Notes: generated by a model not told the origin, from the sequence alone. A DNA stretch of 32,000 nucleotides from Ignicoccus hospitalis KIN4/I (GCF_000017945.1 NC_009776.1:210001-242000), one strand, 5' to 3'; counted from the stretch's first letter, positions 17,923 to 26,499 are shown. A program made the numbers and translations.

Positions 17923-19367
17923 AACTTCGAGAGGAGGAGTTCCGACAGCACGTCCACCGGCAGCGCCCCGTAGCCCAACACGGTCGCGTGGAACTCGTAC
18001 AAGCTGAACGAGCTGCCCGCGTACTCCCGGTAGAGCTCCCTCAGCTCCTTCAACCTCATCTTCCCGTAGGAGTAGGACAGCTGGTACCCGGGCGTCAAGG
18101 TGTACCTCAAGGCCTCCGAGTAGGCCGAGGACTCGTCCAACATGGCCACGTTTTTCAACTCCTCCACCGCTTCCTCAAAGCTCATCTTGCCCGTGCTCAA
18201 GCCCACGTCCACGTAAACTCTGACCCACCTCCACAGCTCGTCCTTCTTCACTTGCCAAGCGTAGCGCGGGTGGGCCTCGAAGCCTTGTTCGAACATGAGC
18301 TCCTCCGCGTAGTGGGCCCAGCCCTCTACGTAGTCGGTCGCGGACGCCAAGTATCTATACTTCGAGGGCAAGTGGAAGCTCAACTGAGCGTGGTGGCCGG
18401 GGTAGGTCTCGTGGACCGCGGTGTTCAGCACGTCGAAGTAGTCCTTCTTCGCGGAGCCGGGGGTGACCAACAGGTAGCCCACGTTGTAGGGTGAGAAGGG
18501 CTGGGGAGGGTCGTAGGCGGCGTAGGGGATGGTCGGCCTGAGGGGCGCGGGGGTGTCTATGACCTCTAAGTCCTCGTCTGGGGCCAGCGGCACGAGCTTC
18601 CTCTCCTTGACGAAGGCTCTGGCTTTGCTCACGGCCTCCGAGTAGGCCCCCTTGAGGTCGCTAACCTCCTTGCCCTCTGGAGGCTCTCCGAGCTCTTCAA
18701 CTATTTCCTTCGCTTTTTTCCTACCTAAGGCTTCCAGCTCTTCGGCGCTGGCCTTTATCCCTCTGACCCGTAAGAGCGTCGAGAACAAGCTCTCGCCCAT
18801 TGGCTGGTAGCCCTCGTCCGCCTCGAGCCCGTCCAACCACTTGTCGTATTCTTCCACGGACCTCTTGACTTCCTCGGGGGCGCCCAGCTCCAGTAACAAC
18901 AATTTGAGGCCTTGAATCTCAGCCCTAGCCAAGTTAACCCATAAGGACTTAGGCCTCTCCAACAGCTCTTTGCTCTCTTCGAACAGCTTGGGCAAGGCCT
19001 TTAGCCTGCTCGCCAGAGCAGCCCTCTTGTGGTCCTCCGAAGCGGGGGAGAGCAATACCGTTAACAAGAGCTCGGAGGCCAGCGAGGGGGCCACGGGGTA
19101 GTGCTTCCAAGGCCTCCACTCCCCCTCGAGCAGCACCTCTACCTCCAGCTGTCTGACCACCTCCCCCTTGTCCACCTCGAGCTCCTCGTCGTCCGGGGTC
19201 CACTCCTTGAGCTTCGCCGCGCCCTCCAAGCACCAGTCCACCAGCTCTTCTACGGCCCTCTTGCTGAGGGACGGAACCTTGAAGTCGTACTCCCTAAGTC
19301 CCATCGCCGAGGCGTAGTGAGGGTTGAGCTCGAACCACTTTTTGACAATCTCGTTGATCGGTTTCAA
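17919..19367 (-). CDS. DUF885-family zinc metallopeptidase-like protein
   Basis: 482 aa; TAVHETYPGHHAQLSFHL (HExxH) with YVEGWAHYAEELM. Confidence 0.85.
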   Translation of the reverse strand: MKPINEIVKKWFELNPHYASAMGLREYDFKVPSLSKRAVEELVDWCLEGAAKLKEWTPDDEELEVDKGEVVRQLEVEVLLEGEWRPWKHYPVAPSLASELLLTVLLSPASEDHKRAALASRLKALPKLFEESKELLERPKSLWVNLARAEIQGLKLLLLELGAPEEVKRSVEEYDKWLDGLEADEGYQPMGESLFSTLLRVRGIKASAEELEALGRKKAKEIVEELGEPPEGKEVSDLKGAYSEAVSKARAFVKERKLVPLAPDEDLEVIDTPAPLRPTIPYAAYDPPQPFSPYNVGYLLVTPGSAKKDYFDVLNTAVHETYPGHHAQLSFHLPSKYRYLASATDYVEGWAHYAEELMFEQGFEAHPRYAWQVKKDELWRWVRVYVDVGLSTGKMSFEEAVEELKNVAMLDESSAYSEALRYTLTPGYQLSYSYGKMRLKELRELYREYAGSSFSLYEFHATVLGYGALPVDVLSELLLSKF

Positions 19368-19404
19368 GAGCTTATACCGGGAGCCCTTTAGGGGTCGGGC
19401 GTAT

Positions 19405-20394
19405 TTAAAGCCACGGAACTTCTACCTCGTCCAGCCTCCACCTCTGCCTCACGAACGCCTCCTCGGGAGCGACGGTGAAGCCGTGCTTGTAGTAGAGCAA
19501 GCCGGTCCAAGCGATCATGGCGCCGTTGTCCCTCGCTAGCTCGTAAGGTATGGGCTTGAAGGAGACGCCCCTCTCCTCGCTCATGAGCGCCACCTTCCGC
19601 TGGAGCCTCTTCGAGCCCGCCACGCCCCCCACTAGGACCACCTCCTTTAGCTTGGAGTGGGCCAACGCCCTCTCGCCCACTTCCACCACCATGTCGTAAG
19701 CGGTTTCCCAGAGGCCGTAGCATACCTTCTTCTTGTCCTCCTTCTTCCACGCCCTCAGGGCTGCCGTTAAGAGGCCCGAGAAGGAGAGGTCCACCCCTTG
19801 GACTGTGTAGGGGAGGTCCGCCGGCTCTTCCGCCCCTTCGGAGCAGAGCTCCACCACGTGTACCCCTCCCTTGACGAAGGGGGGCCCTATCCCCACCTCC
19901 CTGGCGAAGGTGTCTAACAAGTTGCCCAAACCTATGTCTAAGGTCTCCCCGTACACCCTGTACCTCTTTATCGCTGGGGCAGAAATTATCGTGCTTCCCC
20001 CGGATACGTAAATCGCTACGGGTTTAGAGAAGCCGGTCACGGCCCTAGCTATCTCTATGTGAGCCAACGAGTGGTTGACCGGCACTAGGGGCTTTTCGTA
20101 GAAGGCGGCGAGGGCCCGCGCCATGACGGCTCCCGTCCTCAAACAAGGCCCCAGCCCGGGGCCCGCGCTGTAGGCCACCGCGTCCAAGTCCTCCGGCCTT
20201 AGCCCCGCCACCTCCAAGGCCCTCTTTACGAGCCTCGGCCCCCACTCCGCGTGGTGCCTCGCGGCCTCCCTCGGGTGGATCCCGCCTTCCTTCGGCACGT
20301 AGGTGTGCATCTCGTTCGCCAGCACCTCTGCCCTCTCGTTAACTATTCCCACCCCTATGGTGTGGGCGGTGCTCTCTATGCCGAGGACGTACAA
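19405..20394 (-). CDS. kae1: Kae1 / TsaD tRNA N6-threonylcarbamoyladenosine synthesis protein
   Basis: 329 aa; VPVNHSLAHIEIA, YVSGGSTII, ETLDIGLGNLLDTFAREVG, VVLVGGVAGSKRLQ, RDNGAMIAWTG. Confidence 0.97.
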   Translation of the reverse strand: MYVLGIESTAHTIGVGIVNERAEVLANEMHTYVPKEGGIHPREAARHHAEWGPRLVKRALEVAGLRPEDLDAVAYSAGPGLGPCLRTGAVMARALAAFYEKPLVPVNHSLAHIEIARAVTGFSKPVAIYVSGGSTIISAPAIKRYRVYGETLDIGLGNLLDTFAREVGIGPPFVKGGVHVVELCSEGAEEPADLPYTVQGVDLSFSGLLTAALRAWKKEDKKKVCYGLWETAYDMVVEVGERALAHSKLKEVVLVGGVAGSKRLQRKVALMSEERGVSFKPIPYELARDNGAMIAWTGLLYYKHGFTVAPEEAFVRQRWRLDEVEVPWL

Positions 20395-20407
20395 GGCGTC
20401 CTCCGGG

Positions 20408-20923
20408 TCACTTGGCCCGGACCTCGAATAAGCACTCCTCGTCCCCTAGGAGCTTGCTCTTCAACATCTTGATGACGAGGTCAGCAGAGGAAGTTCCGAA
20501 GCGGACCCTCGGCGTTATTATGCAAACCCTCTTCCCCGTCACGGATTCGACCATCCCGGCGACTAGAGACATCATCGTGATGCAGGCCCTACCGCTCTTG
20601 TCCTCGTCGAACTTCAGAAGGGGGCACTCGCGCACCCGGACGAGCAGCTTGTCCCCCTCCCGCTCGCACGAGGCCGCGACCCCGAAGGCCTTACACGGCA
20701 AGGAGAGCGCGGTCGTTACGTCGTTTACATTCAACAAGCCTTGAGACCTAAAGCGCTCCACCATACTTTTGGAGGCCTCCTTCATGATTTTGTACACCAG
20801 CTGCCTCGCCGCGACCTCCCCGAACAAGTTCTTGGCCTCTTCATAGAGGAGGTTGAACGCGACGTTCTCTAAGAATTCGATCTTGAGTTCGGATAGGAGA
20901 GAATCGTCTACCAAAGCGCGCAT
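20408..20923 (-). CDS. V4R (4-vinyl reductase)-like small-molecule binding domain protein
   Basis: 171 aa; C-terminal pattern RACITMMSLVAGMVESVTGKRVCIITPRVRFGT...LLGDEECLFEV resembles the V4R 'CxxxxGxxxGxxxxxxGkxv...GdxxCxFev' arrangement. Remote assignment. Confidence 0.5.
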   Translation of the reverse strand: MRALVDDSLLSELKIEFLENVAFNLLYEEAKNLFGEVAARQLVYKIMKEASKSMVERFRSQGLLNVNDVTTALSLPCKAFGVAASCEREGDKLLVRVRECPLLKFDEDKSGRACITMMSLVAGMVESVTGKRVCIITPRVRFGTSSADLVIKMLKSKLLGDEECLFEVRAK

Positions 20924-20948
20924 CCGTTTTTACCTACTCGTCGGTAAG

Positions 20949-20960
20949 TCTTTAAAAAAG
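20949..20960 (-). promoter_or_regulatory. Candidate TATA element for the 20923 (minus) gene
   Basis: Minus-strand CTTTTTTAAAGA, about 27 nt or more upstream of the start at 20923. Confidence 0.45.
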
Positions 20961-22355
20961 TTACTTTGAGCTCACCTCGATTCCGGCCTCCTCCAACAGC
21001 TTCTTAACTTCTTCGTCCCCCTCGAGGGCCCTGAAGGTCAAGGCGGCCAGCGCGACCCTCGCTGCTAGGTCCTTCGAGCTCGCCAGCTCCTTAAGCTTCT
21101 CCGGGGCGCTGAGGGCCTCAGCGTAATTGCCTACGAACTCCACGAAGAGCTCCGCCACGCTCTCGTCCCCCAAGTAGCTGAAGGCCAGGGGGGCCACCTC
21201 GGCCTTGCTTACGGCCAAGGCTTTAGCTAGGGCCTTCCAGGCCTTGGGGGTGGGGTACGGAGTAAAGCGGTTCTCGAACTCCTTCACCACCTCCGGGGGA
21301 GGCAAGAAGGTGTCGTAGCTCTTGACACGCTTGCTCACCTCCTCAACCACCCCCCTCAACTCCTCGTACTTCACGCCCTCGCCGTGGTTGGGCGAGGTGA
21401 CTTGGAGGAAGTAGTAGACCTCTTCCGCCCACTCCTCCCCCTCGTCGTCCAGCTGTTCCTTCCACTCCCTCACCGTGGGGGCCCTCACTCTTACGTATTC
21501 CAAGTTGCCGCTCGAGACGTATGAAGGGATTAAGGTGACCTCCGCGTAGGAGGGGTCGGGGCCGCTCAGCACGCTCAGCTTGCCGAATTCACACATACCT
21601 ATCCTCTTAGTTATCAAGACGTCCAACAGCTTAGACAAGGCGTTCCACGGGAGGACCGTAGCGTTCTCTATATGGAGCAAGCCGGCCAGGGAGACCGAAA
21701 GGGCTGAGGCCCACTTGGGCGGAACCTTAGTGAAGAAGTTTTCCTTAATTACGTTCATTCCCTCTAGATCTTCCTCGCTCAGCTCGGAGGCGTGGAGCTC
21801 TACGTATACGAACTTGTTGTCGTACTCGTCTACGTTCAGCTGGTCTTTATAGTACATCACGCCCTCCTCCCACGCCTTTAGTCCGTCCTTGGTAGGGACG
21901 AAAGCTCTGGTCAGTACCACCTTTTCGTAAAATTCATTGACCTTCTTGCTGTTTATGGTAGATATTATCCTGTGTAAGTTAGAACACGAAGGGTCGTTGT
22001 CGCACTTGTCGGCCAAGGAGAAGGAAGTGGCTATGAACATGGTCTCCTCGTCCACCTCCTCGAGGGCCTCGGCGATCAGCTGTTTGTTCCCCGTAGCTAT
22101 CACGTTACTCAACGAGGCGTGCCTCTCCTTGAGCTCCTTAGAGCCCTCCTCGAAGAGGCCTAGGAAGTCCTTCTCTACGATGTCTTTAGCCACCGCCCTT
22201 ACGAACGTCACGAATGACCTCTTCACTACTTCGGACTTACCTATCCTAGGGGGCCCGTAGAGGACTGGAATGGGGACCTCCACTCCGGCCGCGTACTTGA
22301 GGAAGTACGAGAACGACAAGTAGCTCTCGGCCTCCTTAGGCCCCAGCGCGAACAC
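20961..22355 (-). CDS. Divergent MoxR-like AAA+ ATPase
   Basis: 464 aa; Walker A-like PVLYGPPRIGKSEVVK; MoxR-like order VYVELHASELSEEDLEG, PPKWASA, GLLHIENATVLPWNALSKLLDVLITKRI, VLSGPDPSYAEVTLIPSYV, VRAPTVREWKEQL, PYPTPKAWKALAKAL. The acidic Walker B pair is replaced. Confidence 0.7.
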   Translation of the reverse strand: MFALGPKEAESYLSFSYFLKYAAGVEVPIPVLYGPPRIGKSEVVKRSFVTFVRAVAKDIVEKDFLGLFEEGSKELKERHASLSNVIATGNKQLIAEALEEVDEETMFIATSFSLADKCDNDPSCSNLHRIISTINSKKVNEFYEKVVLTRAFVPTKDGLKAWEEGVMYYKDQLNVDEYDNKFVYVELHASELSEEDLEGMNVIKENFFTKVPPKWASALSVSLAGLLHIENATVLPWNALSKLLDVLITKRIGMCEFGKLSVLSGPDPSYAEVTLIPSYVSSGNLEYVRVRAPTVREWKEQLDDEGEEWAEEVYYFLQVTSPNHGEGVKYEELRGVVEEVSKRVKSYDTFLPPPEVVKEFENRFTPYPTPKAWKALAKALAVSKAEVAPLAFSYLGDESVAELFVEFVGNYAEALSAPEKLKELASSKDLAARVALAALTFRALEGDEEVKKLLEEAGIEVSSK

Positions 22356-22429
22356 TTCGACCCTCTCCCGCGTTCTGCCCGACGGAGACGTTAAGGGTTG
22401 GGGCGGACCCCTACGCGCCGGGAAAGGCC

Positions 22430-23077
22430 TTGGTCTGGGAGAGGAGGGAGAGGCCGCTCTTACAAGTAGCCTTGGACTTCACGACCATACCGAGTGCGAT
22501 CTCCGTCGCGGTCAAGGCGCTGAAGGCCGACATATTGGAGGTCGGGACCCCGTTGATAAAGTCTGAGGGTTCTAAGGCCGTTTCCGCGATAGCCGCGCTC
22601 GGCAAGCCTACGCTGGCCGACACCAAGACTTGCGACACCGGGGCCTTGGAGGCCTCCATAGCCTTCGACGCGGGGGCCGACGCGATGACCGTCATGGCGT
22701 TCTCCGACGACTCCGTCATAAAGGAGGCCGTGGAGGAGGCGGAGAGGAGGGGGAAGGTGGTGGTGGCCGACATGATGCACTTGAAAGACCCGGTGGAGAG
22801 GGCTAAGAGGCTGAAGGAGCTCGGAGTTAGGGCGGTTGAGCTACACGTAGGGATATCCCAACAGAGGGCCTACGGCGTCACTGCGGCCGACTTGGCGGCG
22901 CTGGCGGAGAGGGTTAGGTCGCTCGGGCTAGTGGTTGCGGTGGCCGGGGGCATAACCCCGGAGACCGCGAGGGCCTTCGTAGGGAAGGCGGACGTGGTGG
23001 TGGTTGGGGGTTATATAACGAAGTCCCCGAATCCAGAAAAGGCCGTTGAGGAGCTCCTTAAGGCTTTGGGGAGGTAG
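22430..23077 (+). CDS. hps: 3-hexulose-6-phosphate synthase (OMP decarboxylase superfamily)
   Basis: 215 aa; LLQVALDFTTIPSAISVAVKALKADILEVGTPLIKSEG, VVADMMHL, VELHVGISQQ, VAVAGGITPETA. Confidence 0.85.
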   Translation: MVWERRERPLLQVALDFTTIPSAISVAVKALKADILEVGTPLIKSEGSKAVSAIAALGKPTLADTKTCDTGALEASIAFDAGADAMTVMAFSDDSVIKEAVEEAERRGKVVVADMMHLKDPVERAKRLKELGVRAVELHVGISQQRAYGVTAADLAALAERVRSLGLVVAVAGGITPETARAFVGKADVVVVGGYITKSPNPEKAVEELLKALGR

Positions 23078-23081
23078 GCCC

Positions 23082-23258
23082 TTACTTTTCGAAGATCGTG
23101 TAGCCGCACTTGCCGCAGTGCCACCTGGGCACGGGCTTCAAGTGGTGTGCCATGAAGCTGCCGCAGCGCGGACACCTCTTGTTCTTGGGCTTTATGATCC
23201 CTTTCTCGTAGTCCCACTCGTACAACAAGTGGGGCTTCACTTGGGCGTGTTTGGGCAC
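23082..23258 (-). CDS. rps27ae: Ribosomal protein S27ae
   Basis: Manual translation from GTG at 23258: MPKHAQVKPHLLYEWDYEKGIIKPKNKRCPRCGSFMAHHLKPVPRWHCGKCGYTIFEK, a four-Cys zinc ribbon. Not present as its own entry in the ORF track. Confidence 0.93.
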   Translation of the reverse strand: MPKHAQVKPHLLYEWDYEKGIIKPKNKRCPRCGSFMAHHLKPVPRWHCGKCGYTIFEK

Positions 23259-23269
23259 CTCCCATCACC

Positions 23270-23587
23270 TCACTGGGCCTGTGCTTCTTGAGCCTGGGAG
23301 CACTGCTCGTGGAGCTTCTTAACCTTTTCCGGTTCTAACTTCTGCAACCTCTCGTAGTTCTTGTATACGTGTGCCCTGGCCCTGGTCCGCCCGATGCCGT
23401 ACTCGCTCAACAGCTTGGTCACCACCACCAACTTCTTGTCTACCCCGAGCATTTGGGCAACCTTCTCCTCTACCTCACACCTCGAGGGAGTGGGCTTCGC
23501 CACGTGCACCAGCACTAGGTCCAGCTCCTCCCTCTCCGCTAAGGGGTTCCACCTCTTGTTAACCACTTGGACCTCGAACTCGCTCAA
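23270..23587 (-). CDS. rps24e: Ribosomal protein S24e
   Basis: 105 aa; VVNKRWNPLAEREELDLVLVHVAKPTPSRCEVEEKVAQMLG...TRARAHVYKN. Confidence 0.93.
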   Translation of the reverse strand: MSEFEVQVVNKRWNPLAEREELDLVLVHVAKPTPSRCEVEEKVAQMLGVDKKLVVVTKLLSEYGIGRTRARAHVYKNYERLQKLEPEKVKKLHEQCSQAQEAQAQ

Positions 23588-23600
23588 CCCCCCTCACCCC

Positions 23601-23825
23601 TCACAAGTACTCCTCTCTGAGCTCGACCTTCTGCCTCCTCTCTTCAACCTTCTTCAGGTGGGTTATGTAGCCGGCTATCTGGTTCCTCAGCTTCTTGGAG
23701 TTAACCTCTATTAATTGGCTTACTACCTTCTTATTGTGCTCGAAGTCCCTAGTGAACAAGTCCGGGTACATCTGGAGGAGCTTCCTCGCGGTCCTCTTAA
23801 CCACGTTGATCCTTACCTTCCCCAA
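23601..23825 (-). CDS. rps17e: Ribosomal protein S17e
   Basis: 74 aa; MGKVRINVVKRTARKLLQMYPDLFTRDFEHNKKVVSQLIEVNSKKLRNQIAGYITHL. Confidence 0.92.
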   Translation of the reverse strand: MGKVRINVVKRTARKLLQMYPDLFTRDFEHNKKVVSQLIEVNSKKLRNQIAGYITHLKKVEERRQKVELREEYL

Positions 23826-23826
23826 T

Positions 23827-24930
23827 CTATCGCCACCCCGCGCTGGACCAAGGCCGATTTAATTTTGCTTTCCCGACGACGCCCACCAACGCCTCCGGCC
23901 CGCCCCTCTTAACTATTGTAGCGTACTTATTCTTCGACCTGTCCAAGGCTAGGAGCTTGGAGTCCATCAAGAGGGCCGGCCACCGGGACCCCTCGACCAG
24001 CGCGGTCTTCCACGGAAGGCCCAGCGGCTTCTCTGCGTTGGTCGTTACGGCTTTCAGCAACTCCCTCGCAGCCTCGTCGTCGAACGCGCCCTCGGACCTC
24101 AGCTCGAACGCGCTGGCCTCCAAGTCCCTCCAGAGGTCCGGCTTGTTAAAGGTGCAGTTGTCGCTCCCCAACAACAGCTTCACCCCCACCTCTATCGCCT
24201 CCTTAACCTTCGGCTTGAGGCCGAACCAGCGGTTGGAGCGCGGACACACCACCAAGGCTACGCCGTTCCTCTTCAGCTCCTCCAAGTCTTCGTACTCTAA
24301 GAAGCAGCCGTGGACCACGAAGTCCGCGCCCAAGTCCAAGGCCTTTTGGACCGGCTCCTTCCTCACCTCCGCCAAGTGGAGCCCCACGGGCTTTCCGGCG
24401 GCCTTAAAGGCTTCGGCGGCCCTCCTTGCGAGGTCCGGGGTAGGGAAGTCGGGCTCGGGCAGCCCGAGGCCGTGGGCGAGCCTCAAGACCTCCTCCAAGT
24501 CCTCCTCCTTCTCCACCCTCCCGAAGGGCAAGTAACCCTCCTCCCTCGCTTCCAGCGCCTCCTTCAGCCCCTTCGCCCCTCCCTCGCGGAAGTCCGCGGC
24601 CGCAAAGGAGCCGGTGGAGCGCAGAGCTTCCATCCCCATCTTTATTGCCTCTTTAATGTCAGCCTCCTCTAAGGCCTTTCTCTTAAGGCCTTTGGACGGG
24701 TCCACTATTTCGCTCAAGCTCTCCCTAAGCCAGGCATCCGGGAAGTAGCAGTCCGCCAAGTGAGTGTGGGCGTTGACTAAGGCAGGCATAACCAACAAGT
24801 CAGAAACCTTCTTGGTCGTCGGGTACCAGTCGACGAGCCTCCCTCCCTCCCAGACGAGCTCCACTTCCTCCACGAGCTCCAGCTCCTCGCCCACTAGGGC
24901 GTACTTCGACCTAATCGCTAACAACCTCAA
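23827..24930 (-). CDS. Amidohydrolase-superfamily protein (chlorohydrolase/cytosine deaminase-like)
   Basis: 367 aa; MPALVNAHTHLADCYFPD, HLAEVRKEPVQKALDLGADFVVHGC, GSDNCTFNKPDLW. Confidence 0.85.
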   Translation of the reverse strand: MRLLAIRSKYALVGEELELVEEVELVWEGGRLVDWYPTTKKVSDLLVMPALVNAHTHLADCYFPDAWLRESLSEIVDPSKGLKRKALEEADIKEAIKMGMEALRSTGSFAAADFREGGAKGLKEALEAREEGYLPFGRVEKEEDLEEVLRLAHGLGLPEPDFPTPDLARRAAEAFKAAGKPVGLHLAEVRKEPVQKALDLGADFVVHGCFLEYEDLEELKRNGVALVVCPRSNRWFGLKPKVKEAIEVGVKLLLGSDNCTFNKPDLWRDLEASAFELRSEGAFDDEAARELLKAVTTNAEKPLGLPWKTALVEGSRWPALLMDSKLLALDRSKNKYATIVKRGGPEALVGVVGKAKLNRPWSSAGWR

Positions 24931-25011
24931 TACCTCCCTCGGTTTTCTGTAGGGGGCCGGTGAGGAGCTGTCATGGGCGCCGAGGGGTGAGGACTCGGTT
25001 CTCGGCCGAGG

Positions 25012-26238
25012 CTACTTGCTCCAAAACCTCTCCTTGGACATCTCTAAGGCTTTGAGCGCCGGCAGCTCCTTGCCGGCTAGGAAGCTCAGTAGCGCGCCCC
25101 CGCCGGTGCTTATGTGGCCTACCTTGTCCTCCATACCTAGCTCCTTGATCACGGCAGTTAAGTGGCCCCCGCCGAAGATGGTGAAGGCGCCGCTCTCAAG
25201 CGCCAGCCTGACCAGCTCCCGGGTGCCCTCGCGGAAGCGCGGGTCCTCCATGACGCCGGCGGGACCCCTCATGACTATTACCCTCGCGTCTTTCATCAGT
25301 TCCCCGTAGGTCTTGACGGTCGCCGGCCCCACGTCCCTTATGAGCCCCGTCACCGAGAAGGCCGGCTCTACCCTCACGTTCCCCTCCTCGTCCACGGTCT
25401 TGAAGTCCAACGGAGTCTCTATAGGTGCCCCGGCCAGCAAGAGTTTCTTGGCCTTGGGTATGAGCCCCAAGAGTCCCTTCTTCTCCAGCACTTCCATGTT
25501 CTTCTCTCCCAAGTCTACCCCTTTAGCGACCAAGAATACCTCCGCCACAAGCCCGGTAGTCAGTATCCTGTCGGCAACCTTGTTCTTCACTAAGTTCTCT
25601 ATTATAACTATGGTGTCCGGCACCTTCCCCCCTCCCAGCACGAATATCTTGGGGGAGACTTGGGGGTTGAACACCTTACTTAACGCCTTTACCTCCTTTT
25701 CCATCACCCTTCCCATCGCTGAGGGGAGGACCAAGGGGAAGCCCACCACGCTGGGCTGGGACCGGTGGGCGGTGGCGAAGGCGTCGTTTACGTAAACGTC
25801 GAACAGCTTCGCCAGCCTCCTAACGAGGTACGTCTTCGCTTGTACCTCCGGGGGAGCGTTTATGTTCTCTTCCGCTAAGAACCTGACGTTGTCGAGCAAG
25901 AGGACTTCCCCGGGCTTCAGCTCCTTTATCCTCCTCCGGGCCTCGGGGCCCATCACGTCGTCCACGAAGTTTATGGTCTGGCCGAGGACCTCCGAGAGCT
26001 TCTTGGCGTGCGGCTCCAAGGTGATGAAGTCGTCCTCCCCCGGGCGCCCTTGGTGGGAGATCACCACGACCGCTGCCCCCTTTTCCAAGAGCTCCTTTAT
26101 CGTGGGCACGTGGGCCCTTATCCTCGAGTCGTCCAAGAGCTCCTCGTCCTTTACGGGGCTGTTGAAGTCTACCCTCAACAATACTTTTTTGTTTGAAACG
26201 TCTATATCATCCAAGGTGGGGAGCTCCTCCAACTTCAA
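25012..26238 (-). CDS. pgk: Phosphoglycerate kinase
   Basis: 408 aa; VLLRVDFNSPV, VVISHQGRPG, LLDNVRFLAEE, FVLGGGKVPDTI, STGGGALLSFLAGKELP. Confidence 0.97.
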   Translation of the reverse strand: MKLEELPTLDDIDVSNKKVLLRVDFNSPVKDEELLDDSRIRAHVPTIKELLEKGAAVVVISHQGRPGEDDFITLEPHAKKLSEVLGQTINFVDDVMGPEARRRIKELKPGEVLLLDNVRFLAEENINAPPEVQAKTYLVRRLAKLFDVYVNDAFATAHRSQPSVVGFPLVLPSAMGRVMEKEVKALSKVFNPQVSPKIFVLGGGKVPDTIVIIENLVKNKVADRILTTGLVAEVFLVAKGVDLGEKNMEVLEKKGLLGLIPKAKKLLLAGAPIETPLDFKTVDEEGNVRVEPAFSVTGLIRDVGPATVKTYGELMKDARVIVMRGPAGVMEDPRFREGTRELVRLALESGAFTIFGGGHLTAVIKELGMEDKVGHISTGGGALLSFLAGKELPALKALEMSKERFWSK

Positions 26239-26380
26239 GGAGGGTCTTCCCGACCTCTCTAGCGAGGCCCTTGGTTATAGGGCAAGCGGGGGTCGGAGTG
26301 AGACTAGGCACATCACTCGCTCAGGGGCTGCCCACTTCCTCATTCCCTAAACCCCCTCCCGGGGCGTTAGACAAAATAGC

Positions 26381-26456
26381 GTTCCGGCCGAGGGGCGAGC
26401 GCCCGGCGACCGGCCGTCGTCCCGGCGGGCGATGGGCCGGGCTTGTGCGCCGGAAC
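26381..26456 (+). ncRNA. Candidate structured RNA (strand tentative)
   Basis: 76-nt intergenic element, 62/76 G+C by hand count, closed by perfect GTTCCGGC (26381-26388)/GCCGGAAC (26449-26456), with further possible stems GCCCGGC (26401-26407)/GCCGGGC (26436-26442) or alternative small hairpins. Does not fit a tRNA. Confidence 0.3.
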
Positions 26457-26499
26457 ACCTTTAACCCCCTTCTCGAAAGGGCTGCCTCGGTCGTTCGAG

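Noticed and set aside
20961-23077. V4R-like protein, MoxR-like ATPase and hps as a new multigene system
   Set aside because: hps is divergent from the pair and has a well-understood function; the ATPase/V4R pairing is reported only as a weak inference.
26381-26456. tRNA interpretation of the GC-rich hairpin element
   Set aside because: Tested both strands: no UUCRA T-loop, no U8/D-arm pattern, so only a generic structured element is claimed.
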